This document shows positions 38,949-53,079 of a DNA stretch of 64,000 nucleotides, piece by piece. The notes under the pieces are model-generated. The model searched no databases, was not told the origin of the DNA, and saw only the letters and a program-made list of their open reading frames with translations. Each line of letters opens with the position of its first letter. The first letter of the stretch is position 1. Made by a program: the position numbers and the translations under genes. The DNA comes from Malacoraja senta (Eukaryota). The DNA is taken from the NCBI GenBank assembly GCA_038087875.1, contig CM075992.1:11534001-11598000 (forward strand), written 5' to 3'.

Positions 38949-40660
38949 AATAGACAATAGACAATAGGTGCAGGAGTAGGCCATTTGACCCTTCGAGCCA
39001 GCACCGCTATTCAATGTGATCATGTCTGATCATCCCCAATCAGTACCCCGTTCCTGCCTTCTCCCCATATCCCCTGACTCCGCTAATTTTAAGAGCCCTA
39101 TCTAGCTCTCTCTTGAAAGCATCCAGGGAACCTGCCTCCAACGCCCTCTGAGGCAGAGAATTTCACAGACTCGCCAATCTCTGTGAGAAAAAGTGTTTCC
39201 TCGTCTCCGTTCTAAATGGCTTACTCCTTATTCTTAAACTGTCTCCCCTTGTTCTGGACTCCCCCAACATCGGGAACATGTTTCCTGCCTCTAGCGTGTC
39301 CAAGCCCTTAACAATCTTATATGTTTTCAATGAGATCCCCTCTCATCCATCTAAACTCCAGAGTGTACAAGCCCAGCTGCTCCATTCTCTCAGCATATGA
39401 CAGTCCCGCCATCCCGGGAATTAACCTTGTAAACCTACGCTGCACTCCCTCAATAGTAAGAATGTCCTTCCTCAAATTAGTGGACCAAAACTGCACACAA
39501 TACACCAGATGTGGTCTCACTGGGGCTCTGTACAACTGCAGAAGGACCTCTTTGCTCCTATATTCGATTCCTCATGTTATAAAGGCCAACATGCCATTCG
39601 CTTTCTTCACTGCCTGCTGTACCTGCATGCTTACTTTCATAGACTGATGTACAAGGTCACCCCAGATCCCGTTGTACTTCCCCTTTTCCCAACTTGACGC
39701 AATTTAGATAGTAATCTGCCTTCCTGTTTTTGCTACCAAAGTGGAGAACCTCACATATATCCGCATTAAACTTCATCTGCCATGCATCTGTCCACTCACC
39801 CAACCTGTCCAAGTCACCCTGCATTCTCATAGAATCATCCTCACAGTTCACACTGCCACCCAGCTTTGTGTCATCTGCAAATTTGCTAATGTTACTTTGA
39901 ATCCCTTCATCCAAATCGTTGATTTATATTGTAAATAGCTGCGGTCCCAGCATCGACCCTTGCGGTACCCCACTAGTCACTGCCTGCCATTCTGTGTTTC
40001 CTGTCTGCCAACCACTCCATGTCAGCACTCTACACCCAATACCATCTGCCTTAATTTTGTCCACTAATCTCCTATGTGGGACCTTATCAAATGCTTTCTT
40101 AAAGTCCAGGTACACTACATCCACAGGCACTCCCTTGTCCATTTTCCTAGTTACATCTTAAAAAAATTCCAGAAGATTAGTCAATCATGATTTCCCCTTC
40201 GTAAATCCATGCTGACTCGGACTGATCCTGTTACTGCTATCCAAATGTGCGGCTATCTCATCTTTTATAATTGACTCCAGCATCTTACCCACCACCGATG
40301 TCAGGCTAAATGGTCTATAATTCCCCGTTTTCTCTCTCCCGCCTTTCTTAAAAAGTGGGATAACATTAGCTACCCTCCAATCCACAGGAACTGATCCTGA
40401 GTCTATAGAACATTGGAAAATGATCACCAATGCATCCACGATTTCTAGAGCCACTTCCTTAAGTACCCTGGGATGCAGACCTTCAGGCCCTGGGGATTTA
40501 TCAGCCATCAGTCCCTATCCAACACCATTTCCTGCCTAATGTGGATTTCCTTCATTTCCTCTGGCCACTACTATATCAGAAAGATTGTTTGTGTCTGCCT
40601 TAGTGAAGACAGGTGGAAAGTACCTGTTCAACTCATCTGCCATTTCCTTGTTCCCCATAA
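38949..40660 (-). mobile_element. CR1 LINE RT region with frameshifts and deletions
   Basis: ORFs 39317-39535, 39657-39914, 39924-40142, 40185-40508 with CR1 RT motifs; (CTATTGT)n tail. Confidence 0.9.
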
Positions 40661-41779
40661 TAATCAAAATCATATTTACTACCAGAGTTGTCTTTGCACG
40701 GAGATTGCTTGATGGAGCAATATTTATGGGACAGAGTAAAGGAAATTCTATTTTGTACCCAGCCCATGTCATATCACCCATACATGCTGAGGGAACTACC
40801 CTTGATTTGGTAAAGTTAGTAAAGTCCATTGTACCTGCATTTCCTGCCACCCTCTTGCGCCTCTGTCCAGTTAACTCTGATGTTAGCTAGGTCACAATAT
40901 TAACACCATCGCAATATTACCACTGCTGCTGTAGAAATGTATGGATTCAAGGTTTTGTCCAAGAGATATAAACATAAACGATGCCAGCACAGTACGACAG
41001 TGCAGTAATACAGTGCCAGGGATGCCACCCTACTCTTAGGCCAAAGCCCTAAATCAGGTTTTGAAAAAGATGCTGGATTCTCACAGGATGATGTTCTGGT
41101 CAATAATTTGTGTAAGAAAGAACTGCAGATGCTGGTTTAAATCGAAGGTAGACACAAAATGCTGGAGTAACTCAGTGGGACAGACAGCATCTCTGGAGAG
41201 AAGGAATCGGTGAAGTTTCAAATCGAGACCCTTCTTCAGACCTATGTCAGGCTGAAGAAGGGTCAAGACCAGCAACGTCACTTCAGTTACTCCAGCATTT
41301 TGTGTCTACCTTCTGGTCAATAATCATCCTCAACCAAGTCTGCTCAGGCAGATGGTCTGCCCACTCCTGCAGTGATGCATGCTATGGACAAACTGGCTGC
41401 TGGATTCCTGCTCTACTAAAGTGACTTAATTGGCTGGAAGAACCTTAGGATATGGTGAGTGTTGAATAACGCATACAGAGTCAAAAACCCTGCAAGTTAG
41501 GATGTTATATTACAGTTATACACGATGTTGGTGAGGCTGCAATTGGAGTATTCTGTTCAGTTTTGGTCACCGTGTTATAGGAAGGGTGTTAAACTGGAAA
41601 GAGTGCAAAGAAGATTTACAAGGATGTTGCCACGATTCAAGGACGTGAGCAATAGGGAGAGGTTGGGCAGGCTAGGACTATATTCCTTGACCTGTGGGAT
41701 GATCTTGTCGAGGTGTATAAAGTCATGAAGGGAATAGATAGGGTGAATGTATACTTTTACCCAGAGTGGGGGAATGAAG

Positions 41780-44700
41780 AATAGTAAGATTAAACGAGAA
41801 CTTACCTAAGTTTGAAGTTTGATCTTTATTTTATGAGGAGTTACGTAGGTGATTACGTGAAGAACCCCGCCAGTACGCCTGCGCGTCAATCTTCTAGCAG
41901 CGGTGTGAAATCACAAAAAACAACAACCGAAGTAATATAGTCTCATAATAAAACGAGTAATACAAGAACTTCCATCTGACCTTTATGATAGAGGGTAGGG
42001 TCGTGGTGGGCACGTAATCACCTACGTAACTCCTCATAAAATAAAGATCAAACTTCAAACTTAGGTAAGTTCTCGTTTAATCTTACTATTTTACTTCGGA
42101 GTCACGTGAGTGACTACGTGAAGATTTTAAAGCTTTGTGATTTCATGCCGTGGATCAATCCCGGCTTCTCACTGCATAGATTGACTCGGAACGAGAATAA
42201 TCAATCATGCATTCATAATAACATTTGTACCACAAATGCAGTAATTCATTTCAATAATGAAATGAATCAGATCCCCTTTAAACCAGAGGAATTTACACAG
42301 AACTTAAAATAGTTCTGCAAACAACCCCGCATTAACAATAGGCCGATGGTAAAAATGTTGAAACATCACTCATTGGACCACCGGGCGGCTGCGAGGATAT
42401 GGTCGACGGGGACGTCTTTTGCCCTGGTCGCCGACGTTTCTGCTGCCCTAGTCGAGTGAGACGTAAAACATAAGTGTTAATACCAGCAGCTGTTAAGACT
42501 TCTTTTATCCATCTGGAAATAGTCTGTATTGAAACTCTCTTGTGTGGTTTCTTGTGTGTGATCAACAACCCAGTTTCCATATTCTCAAATTCTTTGTGAC
42601 CTCAATGTATTGTAATAAATATGTCTTAATACAGAGACATGGATCATTTGGATATGCTGCTAGCATAATTTTATATCCTGTCACACCTGGCCTAATTTAC
42701 TTTAGTAGGTCATAGATATAGAATGTAACCTTGTCTTCAGTTACTTCTATACTGTCTATTTGTAATTTTCCAAGTGTTTGCACTCGTTGTGCTGTCACTC
42801 ATGCCATAAGCATGAATACTTTCATACTGAGCTTGACCAAAGGTAAAGACACACTTCATGACCATTCACGAAGTAGTTTCAGTACCACACTTACATCCCA
42901 GATTGTCACGTACCTAGGTTTCGGTGGTTTGGAATTAAAGATTCCTTTCATTAGTCTGGAAACAATTGGGTGTGACCCAATTGAGTTTATTTCTGAATCC
43001 AGAACCAAATATGAGGACAATGCACTTCTGGCTGAATTAATTGCACTACAACTCAGACCTTCATCATAATAAAGTTTTGACAGAAATTCTAAACATTTGA
43101 AATATCTGCAGTACTTTATTGCACATTCTTTGTACACAGAACTCTTCCCATTTCTTAATATAAGAAAGGTACTGTTTTTGAGTGCTCTTCCTCCAGGCTG
43201 CCGTAAGCATGTCCACAGTATGCTCAGACAGTCCTCGTCCCAGAAAAGGCATTCTTAAAACCTGCAAATCAACAAATCCAAACGATCATATAATGGATGT
43301 TGTTCCCCTGTACAGGGTGCAGCAATAAATTACTCTTTTTTGGGACTTTCATCAACATTTGTGTTGTTAATTCTAATATCAACGGATACCATGGCTGTGT
43401 AGGCCAATCTGGTACTACCAATACCCTTGAAGCAGCATCTTGCCTGATTTTAAGCAAACATTGGCTTATGAGGCAGAAAGGTGTTAATATATATGAAAAC
43501 ATACCACCCCAATGTAGCGAGAAAGCATCAATCGCCACTGCTCCTGGATCTGGTTTCCATGAGACATATCTCGATAGCTGATGATTCAAGTCGATGTCGG
43601 TCATTCCAAATCTGATTACTATATCATTGAATACCTCTTGATTCAACATCCATTCTTTATTATCATGGAACTTTTCGTGACCTGGTGTATGCTATCGTGT
43701 TCATTCTACCTGGTAGATAGATAGCTGAAATCCAAATGTTCTTTTCAATACACCAAGACCAAAGTTGATTTAACCATTTTGTCACATGACACCGACTTAA
43801 TTCCACCCATATCATTAATATAGGCAACTACTGTTGTGTTTATTAATTTGAACTTGAACCTTCCTTTTAGTTGTGTTAGAACCATAAGCTTGGAGTCCAT
43901 AGAAACCTCCTAAAAGCTCCAAATAGGTAACTCCCCATGTCTGCAGTAACACTAACTTTTCCTGATTCCATCTGCCTCCGCAGCTCGATGTTAAGTCAGT
44001 TTCACCCCATCCTAGTGCACTGGCATCAGTTTGTAATATCATGGAAGGTTGTTCAATCAGCACTTTGCCTGAACTGCTTGAGACATGTAGAATCCACCAC
44101 TGCAGATTAGAAACAGCATTTGTTGTTACTTGCATGGTTCTATCAAAATGACCAGCATTTACTCTCAGTGCCTGTTCTTTAATTCTCTGCAGCTGTTGAT
44201 AATGTAATGGTCCATACTGGACTGCTGGGAATCTACTAATTTTCCCAGTACTCGAGCCACCTGTCTGATTAGAGGTTTTTGCTCGTTTAACAGATTACTG
44301 CAATCTTTAATCAACTCCACCCTTTTTTTCACTGGGCAAAGTAATTTGCATTTGGGCTAAATCAATTGTGAACCCCAAATAATCAATTGAGGTACATGTT
44401 TTTAACCTTGATTTCTTTGGATGAATTTAGAAACCCCCAAACTTTCAAAAGTTTGATTTTATTACTGCAACCAATGCTTCTGTTGACTGTTTTATCCTTC
44501 CTATAATCAGGACATCTTCCAGGTATGCCATTAGTACATGCCCCTGGCTCTCAGCAACCCCAGAATTGATTTTAACAATTTTATGAATATTCTGGGAGGG
44601 AACGTTAACCCATTAGGCAGAGCTTTGAACTGCCCTAATTGGTTCATCCATGTAAATTTAAGATACTTCATATCTTGCAAGTGAACAGACACTGAACAAA

Positions 44701-45740
44701 AGGATTCAGACTTGTCAAGTCTATAATAATCCTACAGCCTCCATCCTTTTTTGATCGAGGGAATATATTTGACCCAAATTGGTGAATTTGGTAGACTGAT
44801 TCTTCAATAACACCTTTTATATATAGGGTTTTGAAGCGCAACTTGAACCTCCATTATCGCAAAGTGGAGAGATCTGCTAGGAACATGCTGGACAGGCAAA
44901 TCATAATTTGGATTGAATTCAATTCGAAATCCTTGTATATTATTCAGAATTACCACATCTGAAGTAACATTCTTCCAATGTTTATAGAAGAGACGTAATC
45001 TGCCTCCAACTTTTGGACTTAATCCAGTTAGTATGTTCCCCTGAGAACCAGGTCCACCTACCTCTTGAGTCATTTGAGTATTCTGAGATCCCTGGATTCT
45101 CCCGGAAGCACAACCACTGGTCCTTACTCCCGCTGCAGGCCGCCAGCTACGTCCCTGCGTTGATGAGCGACTTGGTCCTGGTCTAGGATCCGTATGACGT
45201 CTGAAAGGATACTTCCTCTTTACAGACTTTGCAACCATTGATGTTTTTATCAATCCTGTTTTCGCTTCATCTTCCAACTCTTTAATACGTCTCCCGAGAT
45301 CCTCTCCAAAGAGTAAGTTGGGTAATTGTATATTACTTGGTTTGCAGAGTGCTGCGAATTTCGGATTCATAGTAGGCCGTATAGCACTTTCCTCAGATAA
45401 TTGATCTCGAAGTGGGTGCTGCATAGCAACCCAGTGCTTCCTGATGCAACTTCGTCATCTCTTGGCTGTTACCTGCTATTCTGGTAAAAGCAGTTATTCC
45501 AGAACCCAGCAGCTTTAATATTCTCTGCAACTGATTCCAGATAATTTGGATCACTGCTGCTGCTTTCAGCAACCCACAGTTACTTGGGGTCTCTTGCTTT
45601 CTTGCAGTCTCATCCATCTCCTGCTGTTCCAGCTGATGGTAAACCAAGTAATTTATTAAGGAGGCCAGTTCTTCTGCTAATGGCTCTCCTGACCCTGACG
45701 GGGCAGCGAATCCTACTGCCAGGGGTGAAACATCATTGCT
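41780..45740 (-). mobile_element. DIRS1-type retrotransposon, copy D (left terminus missing), inserted in a CR1 (about 41500-41779 and 45745-46025)
   Basis: Right terminus at 41780; ICR 42011-42123; YR frames 42332-42580 and 42856-43137; MT-like 43269-43649; RNase H LQTDASALGWG (43815-44135); gag/RT junction 44804-45424. Confidence 0.9.
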
Positions 45741-46129
45741 TCATAGCTTCATAGACGTAGGGTTAAAGTGAGAGGGGAAAGATTTCATAGCAACCTGAGG
45801 GGCCCACTTTTGCACACTGAGAATGGTGTGTATGGAATGACCAGCCAAAAGAGGTTGTTGAAACAGTTAATATAACAACATTGAAAAGATATTTGGACAG
45901 CCACATGGATAGGAAGAGTTTAGAGGGATACGGACCAAATGCAGGGAGGTGGGACTAGTGTAGCTGGGGCATCTTGATCAGCATAGGCAAGTTGGGCCGA
46001 AGGGCCTGTTTCTGTGGCATATGACGTGATTACATATTGTGCATGGAAACAAGCCCTTTGGCCCATCATGTGCATCCGACCAAGTTGCAGACTAGGTTAT
46101 TCTCATTTGCCTGCACTTGGGCCAAACAC

Positions 46130-46610
46130 ATTTAGTTTAGTGATACAGCATGGAAACAGGCCCTTTGGCCAACCGAACCCATGACTTTCATCAATCACTC
46201 GCTCACACATGTCCTATGTTTTACCAGTTTCTCATCCACTCGCTACATATTAGGGGCAATTTAAACATAGAAACATAGAAACATAGAAAATAGGTGCAGG
46301 AGGAGGCCATTCGGCCCTTTGAGCGAGCACCACCATTCATTGTGATCATGGCTGATCGTCCCGTATCAATAACCCGTGCCTGCCTTCTCCCCATATCCCT
46401 TGACGCCACTAGCCCCTAGAGCTCTATCTAACTCTCTCTTAAATCCATCCAGTGATTTGGCCTCCACTGCCTTCTGTGGCAGGGAATTCCATAAAGCAAT
46501 TAACCTACAAATCCACACATTTTTGGGATGTGGGTGGACACCAAAGCTTCTGCAGGAAACGCACACGGACTGTCTGGTGCTGTGAGGGAGCAGCTTTACC
46601 AGATGCCCCA
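46130..46610 (-). mobile_element. V-SINE (HE1-like) interrupted by a CR1 3' tail (about 46263-46492)
   Basis: SINE tail and body flank a CR1 end with (TTTCTATG)n. Confidence 0.7.
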
Positions 46611-47084
46611 CTTTATCCTTAAACCCACCATAGCCAAGTAGCTGTCCAAATATCCATTAGAAGGAGTCATTGTTTCTGTAACTTCCTCTGGCAGCTCTAT
46701 CTCGTGAAACATTAATCTCAAAAAAAGACACAAAGTGATGGAGTAACTTAGCAGTGACAAATATGCAATGCTGTTCCTCCAGTATGCATGTGGCCTCACT
46801 CTTGTAATGGAGGAGGCCCTGGACATATTGTAATACTATGTTTCATTTTGGTCACCCTGTTATTGAGAAAGTTGCCAGTTGCCTGGAAAAGGTGCAGAGA
46901 AGACAGAAATAATTATACCATCGAATGGCAAGTTGAGGAATATCAACCCTACATTGTTGGACTTGGTCAGTGTCTGACAGGTTTGTGGCTTCCGGATTGG
47001 TGAGAGTTCTAGGGGTTGCATACACCGAGGCAAATGGAGAGGATCTGTAATCCTCCTGATCCAGAAGATTGAGGTCGAGGGTAA

Positions 47085-47950
47085 GGGAATGGGAAGAGGA
47101 GTTAAAATGGTTAGCAACCAGGAGATCCAGCAGCCTTGGCAGAGCGATCACGTGATAGATGAAACAATCACTGAGTCTACGGGTGGTATCGCCAATATGT
47201 GGGCGGTCACATCGGGAACAGAGGAAGTACAAGTAAACCTATCTCACCTGGAAGGTCAGCTGGGGTCCTTGGTTGGAGGTGAGGGATAAGTCATAGGGAC
47301 AGGTGTTGCATCTCCTGCAGTTGCAGGGGAAAGGACCTGGTGGTTTGGACAGGAGGGGATGAGTGAACCATGAAGTTGTAGAGGGAGTGGTCTTTCTGGA
47401 AGGCGAAATGGGGTGGGGATGGGATGGGAAGCTGTGACTGGTGGTGGGATCATGCTGGAATTGATGGCAATGTAGGAGAATGGTATGTTGGGAGGCTGGT
47501 GGGGTGAAAGGCAAGGACCAAGGCAGCTCTATCCTCATTCCACCTCTGAGGGGGACAGCGAGAGAAGAACTACAGGACACAGAGGAGACGCACGTGACAG
47601 CAGGTGGGAAACCACGTTTACAAAAGAATGAAGACATCTTGGATGTGTTAGAATGGTAAGGCTCATTTGTGGAGCAGATGCGGTGGACATGGAGATATTG
47701 AGAGTAGGGGATGGCAGGGTGGAAGGAAGTGTAGTCCATATAACCGTAGGTGTCAGTGGGTTTGTGTTAGAGGCCAGTCAATAGTCAACCCCTTGTGAAG
47801 TAGACACAGATTAAGAAATTCGAGAGGGGTGTCGGAGATGGATAAAGTGCATTTGAGGCCAGGGTGGAAGGTAGTGGTCAAGTTAATGAAATCAACAAGT
47901 TTTGCATGGCTGCTCTGATGTGGTCAGTAATGTAGCAGAGAAGGAGTTGG
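47085..47950 (-). mobile_element. Old Penelope-like RT and GIY-YIG remnant
   Basis: DYTSFHP..IPYSQYLHVHRICS; PFPCNCRRCNTCP; CSRCDRPHIGDTTRRLSD. Confidence 0.8.
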
Positions 47951-48419
47951 GGATTGGAAACTAACCTCATCTATCTGCATGTGTTCCATATCCCTCCATA
48001 TGCATGTGCCTATCTAAAAGCCTCTAACATGCAAGTCTTGTACCTGCCTCCACTACCACCCCTGGTAGCATGCTCCAGATACCCACTACTCTCACTTTTG
48101 TTTTACAAGAAAAACTTCCCTTGCATGTCTTCTTTAAACTTTGCTCCTCTTGCCATTCGTATGTTAATATCCATGCAAATCCTTCCTTCTATGAATTGTA
48201 AAAAGTCATGTTTGGCACATTGCCATAATTGCCATTTACCCATTCAAAATGTCAGCTACAAACCAAGGTTACACAGAGTTTCAGACAACCAGTTGGCAGA
48301 ACTTGTAAGTTCAACATAAGTAAAATAAATGCTGTTCGAAATGAGGTGATGTACAGGCCAGGACAGAATATGGTGGCAATGTGAAGGCAGTTGCTGGTTC
48401 TGATGTACCTCAGACATGA

Positions 48420-48718
48420 CGCAGTGAAGCTGAGTTAGAGTTGCTACCTTACAGTGCCAGAGAACCAGGTTCAATTCTGCCTATGGTTCTGTCTGTACAG
48501 AGTTTGTATGTTCTCCCTGTGACCACATAGGATTTCACCGGATGCTTTGGATTTCTCCTGCATTCCAAAGATGTCCAGGTTGTATGTTAATTGGGCTCTT
48601 TAAATTGTCCCTCGTGACTAGGATGGAACTAGTGTACAGGTGATTGTGCATTGGCTCAGACTCAGTTGGATGAAGGGCCTGTTTCCACGTTGTAACTCTG
48701 AACTAAACTAAACTAAAC
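48420..48718 (+). mobile_element. V-SINE (HE1-like)
   Basis: tRNA-like head, V-domain-like core, (AACTA)n tail. Confidence 0.75.
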
Positions 48719-49417
48719 AGTAATTGAAGCCTGTCACCATAGACAGCCAAAGCACAAGTAACAACGGTGCCCTCTAACCTGTGCAAGTACTCGGTAGTGG
48801 TGATGGGCTCGTAGCCACAGAGCCTGAGTAGATATGCTGCTCGCCACCAGAGAGTCTCAAACACTTTCTACCAGAATTCTGCCTGCATTAGAGGGTCTTA
48901 GCTGCAAGGAGAGATACTCTGGGTAAAAAAACCTGCGCCTTCACCCAATGTATTCCCCACAAGATCTTATGCACCTGTGTAACAGCACCCCTCAGCCTCC
49001 TGCGCTCCAAGTAAGAAATCCTAGCCTGCCCACCCTCTCCCTATAGCTCAGGCTCTCAAGTGCTGGCAACATGGTTGAACTGATGAACGTCAATATACTG
49101 AAAGCCTTCTTAACCACCGTGTGGTCACCCATTATGTGTGATGCCACTGATAATGATCTAGGTCCCTGCACTCCATATCATTCTGCTCTGCAACACTCCC
49201 AGGGCTCTGCCATTCACTGTGAAGGCCCTGCCCTGGTTTAACTTCCCAAAATGCAAGACCTCACACTTATCTGCATTTACTCCATTAACCTCAGCCCACT
49301 TGTTCAACTGATCGTGATCCTGTTGTAATTTCTGACAACCTCTATGTTCTATGTTTTTGCTGCACTTGCCAGGGGATTTCTACGACCTCCCCTTCTGTGC
49401 CCAATTCTTCACTGTGG

Positions 49418-49725
49418 TTTAGTTTAATTTAGTTTTGAGATACAGCGTGGAAACAGGCCCTTCGGCCCACCGAGTCTGCACCGACCAGCGATCCCCGCAC
49501 ATTAAAACTATCCTACACACACTAGGGACAATTTACACTTATCCCAAGCCAAATAACCTACAAACCTGTACGTGTTTGGAATGTGGGAAGAAACAAAAGA
49601 TCTCAGAGAAAATCCACGAGGTCACGGGGAGAATGTACAAAGTCTGTACAGAGAGCACCCATAGTCAGGATCGAACCCGGGTCACCGGCGCTGTATGGCA
49701 GCAACTCTACCGCTGCGCCACTGTG
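49418..49725 (-). mobile_element. V-SINE (HE1-like), well preserved
   Basis: Head GTGGCGCAGCGGTAGAG...GGTTCGATCC, core, CR1-like tail. Confidence 0.85.
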
Positions 49726-51609
49726 TCACTGTGGTTATAAATATTGAGAATAACTGATAAGTTATTGTACATTGTTGATGTCACAGATAATGTGTCTGTA
49801 AAGCTGCAGCAAGTAAGAATTTCATTGTTCCGGTTCACATCCGTTCCATTTGACAATTAAACACTCGTAATTAGAAACAATTCGTTTGTACAAAACAAAA
49901 AATGCTGGAAGAACTCAGTGGGTCAGGAAACACCTTTGATGAGAATGGACAGACAACATTTCGGGCTGGGTCACATCTTCAGACTGTGTGTAGTAGTGGG
50001 GAGAAAGCAGGAAAGGTCAAGGTGGGTGGGAAAGGGTTAACAGAAGTGAGAACAAACAAGCTGTGGAAAGTAGCTGAAGAAAAGCAGATTCACACAAGCT
50101 GAAGCAGAAACAGAGGAGGGTTGGGCGGGTGTAAATAGGGGAACTGGAGCTGTGACCTCTGGGGCCCCGGGAAGGAAGGGGGGGAGGGAAAGGATGGGGT
50201 TGAGGGGAGGGAGAGTGGGAAAGGAGAGAAGGTTGATGTTGAGACGAGGTAGGTAAGGGGGAGAAGAGAATGGGTTTGTTGAGAGAGGGGGAGGAGTAGG
50301 AGAGGACAGAGAAGGCTGGTGTTGAGAGGGGTATGGGGAGAGGAGGGGATTGGTGTTGGAGGAGGAAGAGGGACAAGGGGACCCTTGTAAAATCACACCG
50401 CAGGCCTCTCCCAAGGAATAATTTTCTATTGAATTTTTGGAAGGCACACTGGCTGGGCATGGTCTCCGCATCGAGTGTAAGCCACAGAGCCAAGATTAGT
50501 TGGAGTAGGGCGATTATCAGCACATTGTGATTTAGGCAGAGAGAATCTGGTAAGCATGATAACAGATATGGTAAGAATGTTTAGTTTAGAGATACAGCGG
50601 AAACGGGAGCTGATTTTGTGAGAACTGGGAAATCCATGAATTTGAAAGATCGATTCTCTTGTAATAATAGAAAAAAAAGTTTAGTCAAACCGCAGAGTAA
50701 AATATTGGGAACCAGCAGAGAACAGGACCCTCTTGCCACCCCCGTCCCCCACGATCACACTGACCATGATGCCGATCTACGCTGATCCCAATTACCTGGA
50801 TGAAGCCGGTATTCACTTGCATCTTTCCTGTCCAAGCACTTGTCCAAACCGATTTAAACATTGTAATTTCCCCTCTCTCATCTTAAATCAAAACCTTAAG
50901 TTCTATATTCAACAGCCTTGTGGAAAAAGGCAGACTCAGGCGTTCTCCGTGGAGGGAAATAGAGAGACAACATTTTGGGTCGGGACTTTTCTCGCACAAC
51001 ATCCTGGTTAACCTTTTCTGCCACTCTCACCATTATTAAAACATTCTTTTGGAAGTTTAGTTGAGTTTACAGATACAGTATGGAAACAGGCCCCGTGGCC
51101 TATTGAGTCATGCTGATCATCAATCAATCACCCTTTCACATTAGTTCTATATTATCCCATTTTCTCATACACCCTACATACGTGCGGCAATTTACAGAGG
51201 CTAATTAACAAGTCTTTGGGATGTGGGAGGAAACTGGAATACCTGGAGGAAACTCAACTTATCTTTGCTATAGCAGGGTTTCCAAAACTCAACATAATAA
51301 TTCAAATGCAATAATCTGTAAATTATCAAATCTATAGACATTTTCGTCAATTGGGATCAAACCTGCTGAAGCCGCTTCCCATGGTCATAGAACATAGAGC
51401 ATGTCTGCACGATGCATATCCCTGTATTCCCTGCATAACCATGAGCCTATCTAAAAACCTCCTAAACACCACAATTGTATCTGCCTCCACCACCAGCCCT
51501 GGCAGCAACGTTCCAGACACCCAACACACTGTTAAACAACTTGTCCCGCGCATCTTCTTTAAACTTCTCTATAAACTTTTGCCCGCTCACCTTAAAGCTA
51601 TCTACACAA

Positions 51610-51935
51610 AAAGCTGGAGCAACTCAGCGGGACAGGTAACATCTCCGGAGAGAAGGATTGGGTGACGTTTCGGGTCAAGACCCTTCTTCAGTTTGGTTAG
51701 GGATAAGGGAAATGTGAGATATAGACTATGGCGTCGAGATAAACAACAAAGAATGAAATATATGCAAAAAATTATCGATAATAAAGGAAACAGGCCATTG
51801 TTATCTGTTTGTTGGGTGAAAAACGAAAAGTTGGTGCGACTTGGGTGAGGGAAGGATAGAAAGAAAGGGAATGCCAGGGTTACTTCAAGTCAGACAAATC
51901 GATATTCATACCACTGGGCTGTAAGCTGCCCAAGC
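51610..51935 (-). mobile_element. Penelope-like terminal fragment with an intact hammerhead core at 51661-51691
   Basis: Minus strand CTGAAGAAGGGTCTTGACCCGAAACGTCACC. Confidence 0.75.
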
Positions 51936-53079
51936 GCACCTTTCCAAACTAATATTGTTTAAGAGGTTTCACCCACACACTGCCCGAGGACCGCATCATG
52001 TAATAGCTTTTCCCCACGTACTATTGAGTCTACAATTGCCTTGTATTCATAAATGAGCTTCCACAGTTCAAGGCGATCACTTTCTGTATTGCAACATTGC
52101 AGGGAGAACAGTTTCACGTTGCGCTGACCGCTACAACTGCCAGCAAGCTGTGGGCTTCTTGGAGACTCCCACCACTGTGCGAGTGAAACCACGACTAGTT
52201 TTAGTGCACAGGGCTGCTCCGGCAGCTGGTGACAACATTCACTCGCTCGGGAGAGAGTGTGGAAAATGGAATGTGCAGAAACGGAGTTACCCTGAGATGG
52301 GGCAGAGAGGGAGGAAAAGTCACCACGATGAATAAAGATCAAATCAAAGATAGATGTAGAGATATAGATAAGGTGGTGGTGACAGGGAAAGAGACTTGGA
52401 ATAACAACCAGGACACGCTGGGAGAGTCAATTAAAAATGTTACGGAAGGTCCCAATCGGAAAGGTCCCGACCCGTTCATTCCCTCCACAGATGCTGCTCG
52501 ATCCAGCACTATGTGTTCGCCAGAAGTCTAATTATCCGGTCTGAACATTATTTAAGAGGTAAGAGAATGGATCCTTTTCTATGTATATGAGGGAAGGAAA
52601 TCGTAAAGCTGAGAAGACCATGAGTAATTCTTACAGAAAAAGATACAACGTTTAACTGTATAAAATGTTGAGACGGCGTGTTACACGGAGATAAATATCC
52701 CTTCACATACCCAATAGAAGGTAGCTGTACACGGCTCGCATCCTGCTCTCAGAAAGATCGAACTGTTGTACGACTCACATCGTCCAGCAGAACTTCAGCA
52801 GCTGTACAGAGGCACGTCCCACAGAGGAGGACATGAAGTTCAGATCCGGCCAGTTCCCAGACCTATCAATGCACCGGACGTTAAAGCTGGAGGAGACACG
52901 TGAGGCTGCAGATGCTGGAATCTGGAGCGACAATCAATCTGCTGGAGGAACTCAGCGCCTAGAGCTGGGTCTGTGGGGCAAAAACGGTTCAGTTTGAGCA
53001 TCAGAGACCGTCCTGATGCAGGGTCTGGACCCAAAACGTCGATAATTTGTGTGTCCCACCCCCCACCCACAGTCTACAA

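Noticed and set aside
50017..50523. ORF with a signal-peptide-like start (MLIIALLQLILALW)
   Set aside because: Starts at GTG and runs into low-complexity pyrimidine-rich sequence; no recognisable domain
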